DNA of 64,000 nt from Patescibacteria group bacterium UBA6220 (GCA_002421745.1 DISC01000006.1:87610-151609), one strand, 5' to 3'; positions 19,756 through 29,166 are shown, counted from the stretch's first letter. Notes: a model not told the origin generated them from the letters alone. Numbers and translations are program-made.

Positions 19756-20874
19756 TTATTTATTAAAAACATATCCTATGTGATTGTTTTTAAAATAAGT
19801 TATTTTTTGATAATTTTCTTTAACGACTGATTTGAATTCCTCATCTTTCTCTCCCTTATCTAAAATAAAATCAAAAATCACTTTGGTGTTTTCTGGTCGA
19901 TGAGAAAATAAAACCAAATTATTACCAGCTTTAAGTGCATTAATTGTCGCTTCGTCTATTTCTATCTTTCTACCAACAAGCAACGGCATATCAGCCATAT
20001 CATCGGTAATCACCAAACCATTAAATCCCAACTGATTAATTAGCGTGTCTTTTATAATCTTAGAAGAAAGACTAGTTATATTATTGTCGATATTTTCATA
20101 AATTGCATGTCCCACCATTACAAAATCCACCCCTACATCTATGCTGCTTTTAAAAATCTCTAAAGATTTTTCAAAATTTTCCTTATTTACTTCTGTGTCT
20201 GGTATTTTTTTATGTGGATCTTCTTCAAAAAAACCCATTCCTGGAAAATGCTTTAAAGTTGCGGATACATTATTTTCTTGAGAAATCCGCACAAAACTAT
20301 TGTTAAAATCCACAAGATCTTGAACTGTTCTGGTAAATATCCTTTCTTTAATAAAAGAGTCGTCATTAAAAGCATAATCCGCTACTGGCGCTAAATTTAC
20401 ATTAATTCCTATATCTGACATCACTTTTACATCTTCTTTTATTATTTCTAAATCAGGACTACTAAACAAGAAAGCATTTTTAAAAGCATTTATTCTTGTG
20501 GCTCCGCCAGGCTCTTCATCAATCATTATAAAAAATTTACGATTAATTGATTCTTGAGCCACTTCTTGTAAATCTCTTATAAGATCTTTTAATTGGGTTC
20601 CATTTTCACAGTTGCGAGCATAAATTATAAGTCCAGACGGTTTAATATATTTAATAATATCTTTTGTTTTTTCATCCAATTTTGTTCCCATAAACCCTAT
20701 TACAAAATTAGAACCAAGCATTTCTTTAAAACTCGCTTCTTCTATCTCTATATTGTTTTGATTAAGATTTGCTTTCTCGTTAGATAAAAAATCATTCGAA
20801 AACAAAAAAGCAAAACTGACTATAGTTAAAATTACTAAAAAAAGCAAAATTTTTACATTCTTCCTTAAAAACAT
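19756..20874 (-). CDS. Glycoside hydrolase family 3 (NagZ-like beta-N-acetylhexosaminidase)
   Basis: KHFPGMG motif, VITDDM, N-terminal membrane anchor. Confidence 0.75.
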   Translation of the reverse strand: MFLRKNVKILLFLVILTIVSFAFLFSNDFLSNEKANLNQNNIEIEEASFKEMLGSNFVIGFMGTKLDEKTKDIIKYIKPSGLIIYARNCENGTQLKDLIRDLQEVAQESINRKFFIMIDEEPGGATRINAFKNAFLFSSPDLEIIKEDVKVMSDIGINVNLAPVADYAFNDDSFIKERIFTRTVQDLVDFNNSFVRISQENNVSATLKHFPGMGFFEEDPHKKIPDTEVNKENFEKSLEIFKSSIDVGVDFVMVGHAIYENIDNNITSLSSKIIKDTLINQLGFNGLVITDDMADMPLLVGRKIEIDEATINALKAGNNLVLFSHRPENTKVIFDFILDKGEKDEEFKSVVKENYQKITYFKNNHIGYVFNK

Positions 20875-20876
20875 TT

Positions 20877-22283
20877 TTATGGCGTTCCTAGATAAGCTCT
20901 ATAATAATCTGAAAAATTTTCTTCAAAACTAGATTCAACATAATTTCCATTTATATCCTGAAGTATAATATTGGACACTTGAATTTTTAAAAACCCATTA
21001 GCTTCTTTATTGGGATTATAAACAATATTAAATGAGGTACTAATCGGAACATTGGTGTTCCATTTGAAACAAAAATATTCACAAGTCGCTATACAATCAT
21101 AATGCTCTTGATCGTGAATTGAATAAAAATCACAATTATCCTCGCAATAATTACAATAATAACAATTTGGAGTATATTCATCTAATTCTGAATTTAACAA
21201 TTTTCCAAAATCATCATAACAAGGACCAAGAGGAAAATTATATAATCGAATTGGTGTTTTGAGTCGATACCAATAAATATCATTTTCTATTTTTTCTAAT
21301 TGCAGGTCTGATTTACCGATTAAGTCTATTAACTTGCCCGGACCACAAGCATAAGCTTTTTCTGGGATTAAAAATTGATCTAAAAAAGATATAATATTTT
21401 TTTCAAAACTAACAGGTGAGGAAGGATTAAGTCTGTAATTATCGCGGATACTAAAAACAACCTCACTGGTTAAGCTTGATATCAAGTTTGGATTATTAAT
21501 TTTTAGACCAATATAAGATATCGAATATTTTGAATTCAAGTCATTGATTTTTAATCCTGCTCCACCATAAGAATGACTTCCTTCTGGAGAAAATATTGTA
21601 TATCTATATTTATTGTAAGAATAGTCACTATAACTTTGGGAATCGTTATATAAAAAGATAAAAGAATCTCCTTTTTCATCCTTTTTAACATCCTGATAAA
21701 AACCGTATTCATTTTCAGAAGAATTATACGTAAGATCAAAAGAAACATTATTTGTTTTTCCAATATTTCCTAAAAAATTAGGCTTAACTGGTTGGCTTAA
21801 GTAAGTAAAATTATTATTTTTTAACTTTATTAAGCTCATCACGCAAGTAGGACATCCATTGTGGGTTCCAACTCCTTGTAAATTTTTATCACAAGAAAAA
21901 ACAGAGTATCCTTCCGGAACAATATAATCATAATTAGTTCCTTCATTTGGACAATAAGCTTCTGTCCAAAATTCAATAAATTCAGGCAAACTATTGTTGA
22001 TTATTTCTGTAGCACTAAAAAACTCCTTAGCCTGATCATCGGTCATTTTTCCTTTATTTTCTCCGCCAACACACTCTTCTTCCCACAGCCTCAAACATTT
22101 ATTCTTTGCTTCACACCAAGTATAACCTGCGGAACCTATACAGCCATGCTCATCTTTGTCCCCGCCAACTATCTGACTATTAGTTTTTATTTTTATATAA
22201 CTAAAACCCCCTACCACAATTAAAACCGCGACCACTAAACCGATTATTAAAATAGGAGCAAGTCCTTTTTGGTTTTGATTCAT
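20877..22283 (-). CDS. Membrane-anchored Cys-rich hypothetical protein
   Basis: Likely start MNQNQKGLAPILIIGLVV at 22283. TM helix followed by a Cys-rich ectodomain. Confidence 0.5.
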   Translation of the reverse strand: MNQNQKGLAPILIIGLVVAVLIVVGGFSYIKIKTNSQIVGGDKDEHGCIGSAGYTWCEAKNKCLRLWEEECVGGENKGKMTDDQAKEFFSATEIINNSLPEFIEFWTEAYCPNEGTNYDYIVPEGYSVFSCDKNLQGVGTHNGCPTCVMSLIKLKNNNFTYLSQPVKPNFLGNIGKTNNVSFDLTYNSSENEYGFYQDVKKDEKGDSFIFLYNDSQSYSDYSYNKYRYTIFSPEGSHSYGGAGLKINDLNSKYSISYIGLKINNPNLISSLTSEVVFSIRDNYRLNPSSPVSFEKNIISFLDQFLIPEKAYACGPGKLIDLIGKSDLQLEKIENDIYWYRLKTPIRLYNFPLGPCYDDFGKLLNSELDEYTPNCYYCNYCEDNCDFYSIHDQEHYDCIATCEYFCFKWNTNVPISTSFNIVYNPNKEANGFLKIQVSNIILQDINGNYVESSFEENFSDYYRAYLGTP

Positions 22284-22324
22284 AAAATTATTACTTATTA
22301 TCTTAATGAAATTATAACAAAACA

Positions 22325-22360
22325 CAAACAAAAAGAAAACCGACCAAAAGTCGGTTTTTT
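22325..22360 (-). terminator. Rho-independent (bidirectional) terminator after the CDF gene
   Basis: Stem aaccgac/gtcggtt with a 5-nt loop and T-runs on both strands. Confidence 0.7.
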
Positions 22361-22401
22361 ATTTAATAGACAATACCAGTTAAAAACTCATTTATAGCAA
22401 T

Positions 22402-23451
22402 CTATTCTCTTTTTAAATTTGTATTACAAGTCGGACACTTTAAATCAGAGCATGGAGCACCCCTTTGGTGGATTGTTTTATAGCCACATTGCTCACAGAC
22501 ACAAAAACCATCTGGTCCTTTGCCAGAAATCTCTTTAGCTTTTTCTTTAAATTTACCTTTTTTTTGCCAACCAAAACCACGACCAAAATCTGGCTGATAA
22601 AAACTTGTCTCTAGTTCGTGGCTGGTGATTTGAATGGCCACGTATTGTAAGTTTTCGATTTCTTCAATAAGTCGATTTCTTAATATATTAGATATTTTAG
22701 ATGCATCTTCAACATTTAAATTGTTTGGCAATTTAATTTCTAAATTAGCCGTAATAATTGACCCCTTTTTCTGAGTTTTCAAATTATTAATTTCAATTTT
22801 CTGTCTTTCAGCGATTGATTTTATTTTTTCTTCTACTTCTTCCCCAGCCGAAACATCCAAAAGAGAACCTATTGCTTCCTTACCAATCACAAACGCTTCT
22901 TTGATAATATATACACCCATTAATACAGCCAAGACCGCATCAGCATAAATCCAGTATTTAGTTAAAAATAATCCAATTAAAATTATTAACGATGTGTAAA
23001 CATCAATTCTCGAATGAACCCCGTCTGAAAGTAAACTAACCGAACTTTCCTTTTTGCCATAATAAATTTTTAATCTGGACATTGTTTCATTAACCAATAC
23101 AGAAAATATCATTACTCCAAACGCCAAATAATTAATTACTATCTCTGCTGGTTCTAAAAAATTATTATAAGCATCATAAATTATTCCAACTCCAGTTACA
23201 AAAATAATTAGCGTAATAATAACCCCTCCCAAAACCTCAAATTTGTAATGCCCATAAGGGTGCTCCTTATCAGCTGGCTTGCCAGAAATTTTAATTCCAA
23301 TAAAGCTAATGGCCGAAGAAAAAATATCAACGAAAGAATCCAAACCAGCCGCTAATATTGCAGCCGAATTAGAAAAAATACCAACAGTTATCTTGCCTAC
23401 GGCCAAAATTATATTAGCTAATATTGAGATGACCGCAACTTTTTCCTTCAT
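22402..23451 (-). CDS. Cation diffusion facilitator (CDF) transporter with C-terminal Zn-ribbon extension
   Basis: Six TM helices. TM2 DSFVDIFSS and TM5 HSRIDVYTS metal-site motifs. Tail CVCEQCGY...CPTCN. Confidence 0.8.
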   Translation of the reverse strand: MKEKVAVISILANIILAVGKITVGIFSNSAAILAAGLDSFVDIFSSAISFIGIKISGKPADKEHPYGHYKFEVLGGVIITLIIFVTGVGIIYDAYNNFLEPAEIVINYLAFGVMIFSVLVNETMSRLKIYYGKKESSVSLLSDGVHSRIDVYTSLIILIGLFLTKYWIYADAVLAVLMGVYIIKEAFVIGKEAIGSLLDVSAGEEVEEKIKSIAERQKIEINNLKTQKKGSIITANLEIKLPNNLNVEDASKISNILRNRLIEEIENLQYVAIQITSHELETSFYQPDFGRGFGWQKKGKFKEKAKEISGKGPDGFCVCEQCGYKTIHQRGAPCSDLKCPTCNTNLKRE

Positions 23452-23487
23452 TTAATTAACATTTATACTTAATTAATAAAAGCCGTT

Positions 23488-23970
23488 TTAATTAGAGGGG
23501 TTTTTAAGAGCAACAATTTCTTTAACATCCGTTAAACGCCATACCATATTTCTATCTTCTTGAATAATAATTTCTAATGGGTCGCTTATCGAATATCCTA
23601 AAGCAGCCAAGACATTGGGAGATAGCTTTCTTTTTTTAATTAAATCAATAAAGTCAGATCGCACCCGTTGCTTCTCGCTGTTATCTTTAATTTCTTCTAG
23701 TGTTCCTTGCAAGTTAATAAACTTATAACTAGAAAAATCACTAGAATAATATTCAATTTCCACTGAAACATGCGGATATTGATGAAAATAATCTATTTTA
23801 CGTCCATAACGAGTTGGTAGAAAATAAAGATATTTTCCATCAAAACTATAAAGAAAAGGAGCAATATAGGGAAAATTATCTCCTCGAAAGGCAATGCGAC
23901 AGATATAATTATCGTTAATTAAACGGTCGTATTCGTCTTTCTCCATACGAGGTATTTTAAAAATATTCAT
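23488..23970 (-). CDS. Pyridoxamine 5'-phosphate oxidase-like (FMN-binding split barrel) protein
   Basis: Pattern ICRIAFRGDNFPYIAPFLYSFDGKYLYF. ATG at 23970 preferred over the upstream start. Confidence 0.5.
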   Translation of the reverse strand: MNIFKIPRMEKDEYDRLINDNYICRIAFRGDNFPYIAPFLYSFDGKYLYFLPTRYGRKIDYFHQYPHVSVEIEYYSSDFSSYKFINLQGTLEEIKDNSEKQRVRSDFIDLIKKRKLSPNVLAALGYSISDPLEIIIQEDRNMVWRLTDVKEIVALKNPSN

Positions 23971-24141
23971 AAATTTATTAAAAAATATTATTAAATTATT
24001 ATACCACAAACAAAAAACCGACAACAGTCGATCTTGAATTTGCTTCTATGGTAAAATTCAAATCAGTAGTCAGTCTCAATACTTTTTATTTTCTGATAAG
24101 TATTAGATTTCTGTAGTTCCTGTAATTTATATATATTTTGC

Positions 24142-24846
24142 TTAATATAGTAAATATTTTAAATAATACAATCCTGTTATCAAAAAAACGCTCGCCATAA
24201 TATACCTCATGATTAGTTCGAGTTTTTGGGTTGCTTTAAAAATATTGCCGATTCTCTGGGCACCAAAAGAGATAAATAAAGAAAAGATAATAACTGGTAG
24301 TCCTGTTCCTAAAGCGAATAATAAAGGCATGACTAAGCCACTAGAAGATTTTATAACCAAGGGAACAAGAGCTCCAAAGAATAAAACTCCACTGTAAGGA
24401 CAGAAAGCTAGAGCAAATAAAACTCCCAACAACAATGAGCCAAAATATCCCTTATTAGATAACCATAATTTAATCTTTTCCAATTTCTCTCCCCCAATTT
24501 TAAAATTAATCTTAAAAATTCCAAACATAAAAAAAGCGATAAAGATAAGTATCGGCCCCAATGCTTTATCTCCCCACCCCTGAAAAAGTCTAGACACATT
24601 GAATTCAGAAAATCCAAAATATATTAAACTTGCTATAATCGTATAGCTTAATCCTCTACCAATAGTATAAAATATTCCATTCAATAACGATCTCTTAATA
24701 TCCCTTATGTCTTTAGAAATATAAGCGACGGCAGTAATGTTTGTTGCCAAGGGACAAGGACTGATAGATGTCAAAATACCCAACAAAAAAGCTGTTAAAA
24801 ATGGGAGTTGATAGATATCAATCAAGTAATTAATAAAATCTATCAT
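24142..24846 (-). CDS. CcdA/DsbD-like thiol:disulfide transmembrane protein
   Basis: Six TM helices with conserved SPCPLA and FCPYSG cysteine motifs. Confidence 0.65.
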   Translation of the reverse strand: MIDFINYLIDIYQLPFLTAFLLGILTSISPCPLATNITAVAYISKDIRDIKRSLLNGIFYTIGRGLSYTIIASLIYFGFSEFNVSRLFQGWGDKALGPILIFIAFFMFGIFKINFKIGGEKLEKIKLWLSNKGYFGSLLLGVLFALAFCPYSGVLFFGALVPLVIKSSSGLVMPLLFALGTGLPVIIFSLFISFGAQRIGNIFKATQKLELIMRYIMASVFLITGLYYLKYLLY

Positions 24847-24849
24847 AAA

Positions 24850-25305
24850 TTAGTTTTTTAAAATATCTGCTATTTTTTCTTTAAAATAAAATTCAAATTC
24901 TTCTTCGTCGCCGACCAATCTCCAAACTTTTAAATCTTGTTCTATATAATCTTTTCCATCCCTTATCGTATTAACAAAAAGAGAAGATCCAGAAGCTTGG
25001 AATTTTTCAGCTAGTTGATAGTTTTCTAATAAATCAATATTTATTTCTCTAAAAACTATCTTTCCCGAATTTAATTCTTCGCTAAAGTTATTATCAATTG
25101 TTTTTTTGGCAAACTTGCCAACATCAATACAAGAAGTACATCTTTGGGTGGCATGAAATAAAAATATCTCTATTTTGTTTGTCTTTGGTAATTCTATAAT
25201 ACTATAATTAGTATTTACTTGCTCTTTCTTTTGTTCATAATCACTAAACAAAAAACCGGCCACAATAACAGCAATGATAGTAATAATTATTATGTATTTT
25301 TTCAT
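24850..25305 (-). CDS. Membrane-anchored thioredoxin-fold protein
   Basis: N-terminal TM helix plus a CTSC (CxxC) motif. Confidence 0.55.
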   Translation of the reverse strand: MKKYIIIITIIAVIVAGFLFSDYEQKKEQVNTNYSIIELPKTNKIEIFLFHATQRCTSCIDVGKFAKKTIDNNFSEELNSGKIVFREINIDLLENYQLAEKFQASGSSLFVNTIRDGKDYIEQDLKVWRLVGDEEEFEFYFKEKIADILKN

Positions 25306-25310
25306 AGTAT

Positions 25311-26270
25311 TTATCTCAAAATTAAATTAAATAAGTATCCAGTAAAGATGATACCCAACCCGACAATTAAAGCATAAACAACAATTAACTTGGTTTTCAT
25401 TACCTTCTTCAGGATTATAAACTCTGGTAAAGATAAAGCGGTAACGGCCATCATAAAAGATAAAGCAGTTCCCATTGCTACTCCTTTTTCGGTTAAAGCT
25501 CCCATCAAAGGAATTATTCCTGCGGCATTAGAATAAAGAGGAATTCCGATTAAAATTGCTAATGGAACAGCAAACCAATTATCGCCGCCTGCATATTTAG
25601 CCAAAAAATCAGCTGGTATGTAGCCATGAATCCAAGCTCCAATACCGATACCTATCAAAACGTATAACCAAACCTTTTTAATTATATCTAAGGTGTAATA
25701 ATTGGCATATCTTATTCTTTCCTTGAAGCTTTTGTCTTTTATTACAATATTAGTATTTGCCTTATTTTTTAAAACAAAATCAGCAAGCAAGTTTTCTATT
25801 TTCAATCTATCAATAATTATTCCTGAAAAAATAGCAATCAACAATCCGCTGATAATATAGATAGCTGCTATTTTGAATCCAAACATACCCAATAATAAAA
25901 CCACAGCTACTTCATTAATCATCGGAGAAGCCACTAAGAAGGAAAAAGTTGCACCCAATGGCACTCCCGCTTCAACAAATCCCAGAAACAATGGCACAGC
26001 CGAACAAGAACAAAATGGAGTAATGATTCCTAATAGCGAAGCTAAAATATTTCCTAGATACTTGTTTTTCTTTGCTAAATATAATCTTACCTTTTCGGGA
26101 GTAAAATAGGTTCTAATAAAAGAAACAATAAAAATTATGACCGTCAAAAGTATCAATATCTTGATTGAATCGTAGATAAAAAAATTAGCTGCCGAATAAA
26201 GCGGAGTTGCAGCATCCAGCTTGGATGTTAATAAGTCAGCGAGTAGCTCTACGGGATAAAATATATCCAT
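25311..26270 (-). CDS. Permease of the COG0701/ArsP-like family
   Basis: Polytopic protein with the TPFCSCSAVPL motif. ATG at 26270. Confidence 0.65.
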   Translation of the reverse strand: MDIFYPVELLADLLTSKLDAATPLYSAANFFIYDSIKILILLTVIIFIVSFIRTYFTPEKVRLYLAKKNKYLGNILASLLGIITPFCSCSAVPLFLGFVEAGVPLGATFSFLVASPMINEVAVVLLLGMFGFKIAAIYIISGLLIAIFSGIIIDRLKIENLLADFVLKNKANTNIVIKDKSFKERIRYANYYTLDIIKKVWLYVLIGIGIGAWIHGYIPADFLAKYAGGDNWFAVPLAILIGIPLYSNAAGIIPLMGALTEKGVAMGTALSFMMAVTALSLPEFIILKKVMKTKLIVVYALIVGLGIIFTGYLFNLILR

Positions 26271-26278
26271 ATATTTAA

Positions 26279-26590
26279 TTAGCAATTACCTCCACAGGAA
26301 CAACCCGAAGATCCTTCTTTCGTGTCGACTATTCCCTTTTGGTAATTTGTTATAGCTTCTTTTATTTCTTCCATACTGGGAATTATTCCAATAATTATTG
26401 GTTTTTTATTGATAGCCAATACCGGAAAAGACATTACCCCCAGATCCATTGCTTTTTGAATATCATCGATATATTCAACCTCGGCATCCAATCCTATTTC
26501 AGTTGCTGCCTTCTTAGTCAAATCAAATAATTTCTTGCAAGAATCACATCCAGAACCAAAAACTTCTATTTTTTCTATTTTATTGTTCAT
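26279..26590 (-). CDS. Small thioredoxin-like redox-active disulfide protein
   Basis: KIEVFGSGCDSCKKL (CxxC) and a Cys-rich tail GCSCGGNC. Confidence 0.7.
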   Translation of the reverse strand: MNNKIEKIEVFGSGCDSCKKLFDLTKKAATEIGLDAEVEYIDDIQKAMDLGVMSFPVLAINKKPIIIGIIPSMEEIKEAITNYQKGIVDTKEGSSGCSCGGNC

Positions 26591-26595
26591 ATTCT

Positions 26596-26889
26596 TTAAT
26601 TAAATTTTATATTTGCTATTCTTTCTCCTTTTTTGGTAAGAGAATAATGCACCCAAAATCCTTTTTTATTATCCTTCACCAATCCTGCATCCTTTAATTT
26701 TTTAAGGTGGTGAGAAACAAGACTTTGCGACAGTCCAATGTTTTCAATAATATTGCAGACACATTGTTCTCCTCCTTTTAAAATACAAAGAATCCGAAGA
26801 CGGTTTTCTTCGGCAATTACTTTTAATAATTCGACGGTTTGCTCCGTTTCCTTGATTAGTTTTCTATTTTTACAACAATTGAGTTTCAT
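26596..26889 (-). CDS. ArsR/SmtB-family transcriptional regulator
   Basis: wHTH with the CVCNI metal/thiol motif and LSQSLVSHHLKKLKDAGLV. The ORF may start upstream at 26931. Confidence 0.8.
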   Translation of the reverse strand: MKLNCCKNRKLIKETEQTVELLKVIAEENRLRILCILKGGEQCVCNIIENIGLSQSLVSHHLKKLKDAGLVKDNKKGFWVHYSLTKKGERIANIKFN

Positions 26890-26933
26890 AGTATATGAAT
26901 ATATATTAATATGCTTTTCTAGCGATGTCAAAC

Positions 26934-26995
26934 AAAAAAACCGACAAAAGTCGGTCTTTAAAATATTTGGCTCGGAGGTGGAACAAACTTGGAAC
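26934..26995. repeat. ~60-bp direct repeat, copy a (terminator hairpin plus TTGGCTCGGAGGTGGAACAAAC)
   Basis: Near-identical to 27533-27593 (1 indel, 2 mismatches by eye). Contains the hairpin accgac-aaaa-gtcggt. Confidence 0.85.
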
Positions 26996-26997
26996 CT

Positions 26998-27510
26998 TTA
27001 TCGCTTTAAACCATAAACATAACTTTCATTTCCATCCTTCCATTTAAAAACACCCGCGTCTTTAAATCCTAATTTTTGATGAAATAACCTAGAAACTTTA
27101 TTCAATGGATTTTTTGATGTTATCGCTTTAAAATTTTTAATTTTTGCGTTGTTAAATAATTCTAAATAAAGGTTCGTTCCTATGTTGTTCATTTGACAAG
27201 ATGGATTTACGGCTACTTGAAATATGTAAATAAATTCTTCATTTAGATAACTATCTATAAGATAAGAACCCAATTCATCTGTCTTATCTATAAATCTACT
27301 AGAATAAGCCATTAAGAATCCTACAATTTTATTTTCCAACTCGTAAACATAACAATAATCATAATTATTTATCATGTTTTCATAAAAAGATTCTGATAAA
27401 TTCTCACTCATCAAAAATCCCCCATCAATATTTTTAATATTTTTAATATGAACCGATTCAATAATCTCTATTATCGTCTTAGCATCTTTTGTGGTTGCTT
27501 TTCTTATCAT
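26998..27510 (-). CDS. GNAT-family N-acetyltransferase
   Basis: Acetyl-CoA motif QVAVNPSCQMNNIGTNLY. ATG at 27510. Confidence 0.75.
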   Translation of the reverse strand: MIRKATTKDAKTIIEIIESVHIKNIKNIDGGFLMSENLSESFYENMINNYDYCYVYELENKIVGFLMAYSSRFIDKTDELGSYLIDSYLNEEFIYIFQVAVNPSCQMNNIGTNLYLELFNNAKIKNFKAITSKNPLNKVSRLFHQKLGFKDAGVFKWKDGNESYVYGLKR

Positions 27511-27532
27511 TGAATAAATAATAACATAAAAC

Positions 27533-27593
27533 AAAAACCGACAAAAGTCGGTCTTTAAAATATTTGGCTCGGGAGGTGGAACAAACCAGGAAC
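27533..27593. repeat. ~60-bp direct repeat, copy b
   Basis: See 26934-26995. The two copies bracket exactly the GNAT gene. Confidence 0.85.
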
Positions 27594-27629
27594 TTTTCTT
27601 TTAGAAAATACTAGCCTATCTAAAGAATA

Positions 27630-27666
27630 AATTAATAAAAATACCGTCCAGCTAGTATGGACGGTA
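27630..27666 (-). terminator. Rho-independent terminator after ORF 27684-27989
   Basis: 9-bp stem taccgtcca/tggacggta with a 7-nt loop and T-runs on both strands. Confidence 0.7.
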
Positions 27667-27683
27667 ATTTATTTTTGAAATGA

Positions 27684-27989
27684 CTATTTCTTCTCAGAAA
27701 GTCCATCCCAGGATCTCCTCAATGCTTCTGTTACAAGAATTTCTGCAGTATGACCTGTTGCCTTTACGGCCCTCTTTGCAGATTCTAAAACTTGAGAACA
27801 ATCTTTTTGTGTGAAGATAGAATATTCACCCCTTGGTAAATGATAAATTTTACCTGTGTCTGCCTTTATCATTCTACTAAACCCCTCGTTTTCCATCGCA
27901 CTATGCAACACCTGAAAATCTGGAGTATATTGACTACTGTGAAGCTCTACCCTAATCGTGTACGCACTCATTTTACTTTTTAAAACCAT
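27684..27989 (-). CDS. Small protein, tentatively GhoS-like (Cas2-like ferredoxin fold)
   Basis: YTIRVELHSSQY...LHSAMENEGFSRMIKADTGKIYHLP resembles my recollection of E. coli GhoS (YVVSFDYPSSYS...LMYDMNFSSIVADEYGIP). Not verified. Confidence 0.3.
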   Translation of the reverse strand: MVLKSKMSAYTIRVELHSSQYTPDFQVLHSAMENEGFSRMIKADTGKIYHLPRGEYSIFTQKDCSQVLESAKRAVKATGHTAEILVTEALRRSWDGLSEKK

Positions 27990-28161
27990 TAGGGTATTAT
28001 TACCTTAATGGGTGTGGCGTGGGCGACCTTTGTTTTACGGACATATTCCCCATAAACAACCACACTTATTATTATTTCTACAAAACGCTAAAGTTCATGA
28101 CCTTTGGCGTTTTTGTATTCAAATATATCCAACCCATTCATTTACAAATACAGTACATGTT

Positions 28162-28428
28162 TTATCCTTTCGTAAAATACCATTCTTTATTACGAGACAC
28201 AATTTTTGTTCCCTTACTAAAGAATCCTTGCCTCACCTTTGTTCTTAGCTGATATCTTAATGAATCTGGGTTAATCTTGGCTTTCGCTGGGTCAAATTTG
28301 ATAATTTTCCCTTTCTCAGTTGAATCATACAATGTTTGTAAAATCTGATTCACCCTACTGGTTCTTTTCATTTTCTTTTGCGGAAGCTTATCCATGACAT
28401 CTAATATGAAATCTTCTATTTTCTCCAT
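28162..28428 (-). CDS. Hypothetical basic protein
   Basis: 88 aa ORF with no recognised motif. Confidence 0.4.
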   Translation of the reverse strand: MEKIEDFILDVMDKLPQKKMKRTSRVNQILQTLYDSTEKGKIIKFDPAKAKINPDSLRYQLRTKVRQGFFSKGTKIVSRNKEWYFTKG

Positions 28429-28893
28429 ATAATTAATAAATTTTAGACATATTATTAAACTTTTCGACCTTTATTGTTTTCACTAATTATACTCTTTTTA
28501 ATATCTTTGTCAACATATTATATCATTTTCAGCTCACTACTTGATAACTTCTATTTTACATGTAATTTACTGTAAAATTTACTTTCTACTATTTTACAAG
28601 ACATACTATATTATTGTTTTACCCAAATCTAATTTACCTATTACAGTCTCACGGACTTACTTTATTTTTCCATTTGGATTATATTATTGGTGCCAGAAAG
28701 GTTGGCACGTATGGAGTGTAAGTCGGAATATAAACCAAAAAAAATCCACATATCTAAAAAGTAGTCTATGGTTTTTTATTTATTTTTGCCAATTAAAATA
28801 ACTCTAGCAACTTCATAGGTATAATTTATGCTGTTTTTTGCATAGAATGTCCTATTTTCTTAATGCGATATTGGATGAATCGACTTTCTGATT

Positions 28894-29037
28894 ATGGCAA
28901 GGTTCAGACGAGAACTAATCGATGAGATTACCGTTTGCTTCTCTAAAAAATACAATATTCAACTCTCTGAAGAAAAGGCCGAAGAATATTTAAAATCTCT
29001 GGCTGATTTGTGTTTGGCTTTTATTGAAAAATAATAA
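28894..29037 (+). CDS. Possible 47-aa ORF (MARFRRELIDEITVCFSKKYNIQLSEEKAEEYLKSLADLCLAFIEK)
   Basis: ATG-to-TAA ORF, too short to appear in the supplied ORF track. Helical-looking sequence that ends just before repeat DR1a. Confidence 0.25.
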
Positions 29038-29064
29038 AATCAACACCAATTAAGTAATAAATTA

Positions 29065-29166
29065 TTTGGCTCCCGTGTACTGTCTAGTGCCCCACATAGG
29101 AAATAACCGTAAGGGTTAGTTGATTTATGTTTTTAGTATATCACACCGGTAATCGGTCGGGTAGCT
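29065..29166. repeat. ~102-bp direct repeat DR1, copy a
   Basis: tttggctcccgtgtac...ggtcgggtagct matches 35016-35117 with about 9 mismatches (~90% by eye). The preceding taagtaataaatt also recurs at 34789-34803. Confidence 0.85.

Noticed and set aside
22336-22360. Recurring AAAACCGAC...GTCGGTTTT hairpins (also near 17355, 24013, 26936 and 27533) as a dispersed mobile repeat.
   Set aside because: Apart from the two GNAT-flanking copies, they share only the short stem. Each sits at a gene end followed by a T-run, so they are best explained as ordinary terminators with a favoured stem.
26934-26995. The GNAT-flanking repeat as a genuine tRNA gene fragment.
   Set aside because: Only the last ~17 nt resemble an acceptor/CCA end. 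There is no complementary T stem or tRNA body. It is kept as a speculative att-scar idea within a finding.
28012-28252. Plus-strand ORFs 28012-28248 and 28019-28252, and ORF 28541-28801.
   Set aside because: They have no motifs and aromatic/Leu-rich junk-like composition. They overlap each other or the minus-strand ORF 28162-28428, or lie in the repeat-rich non-coding region.
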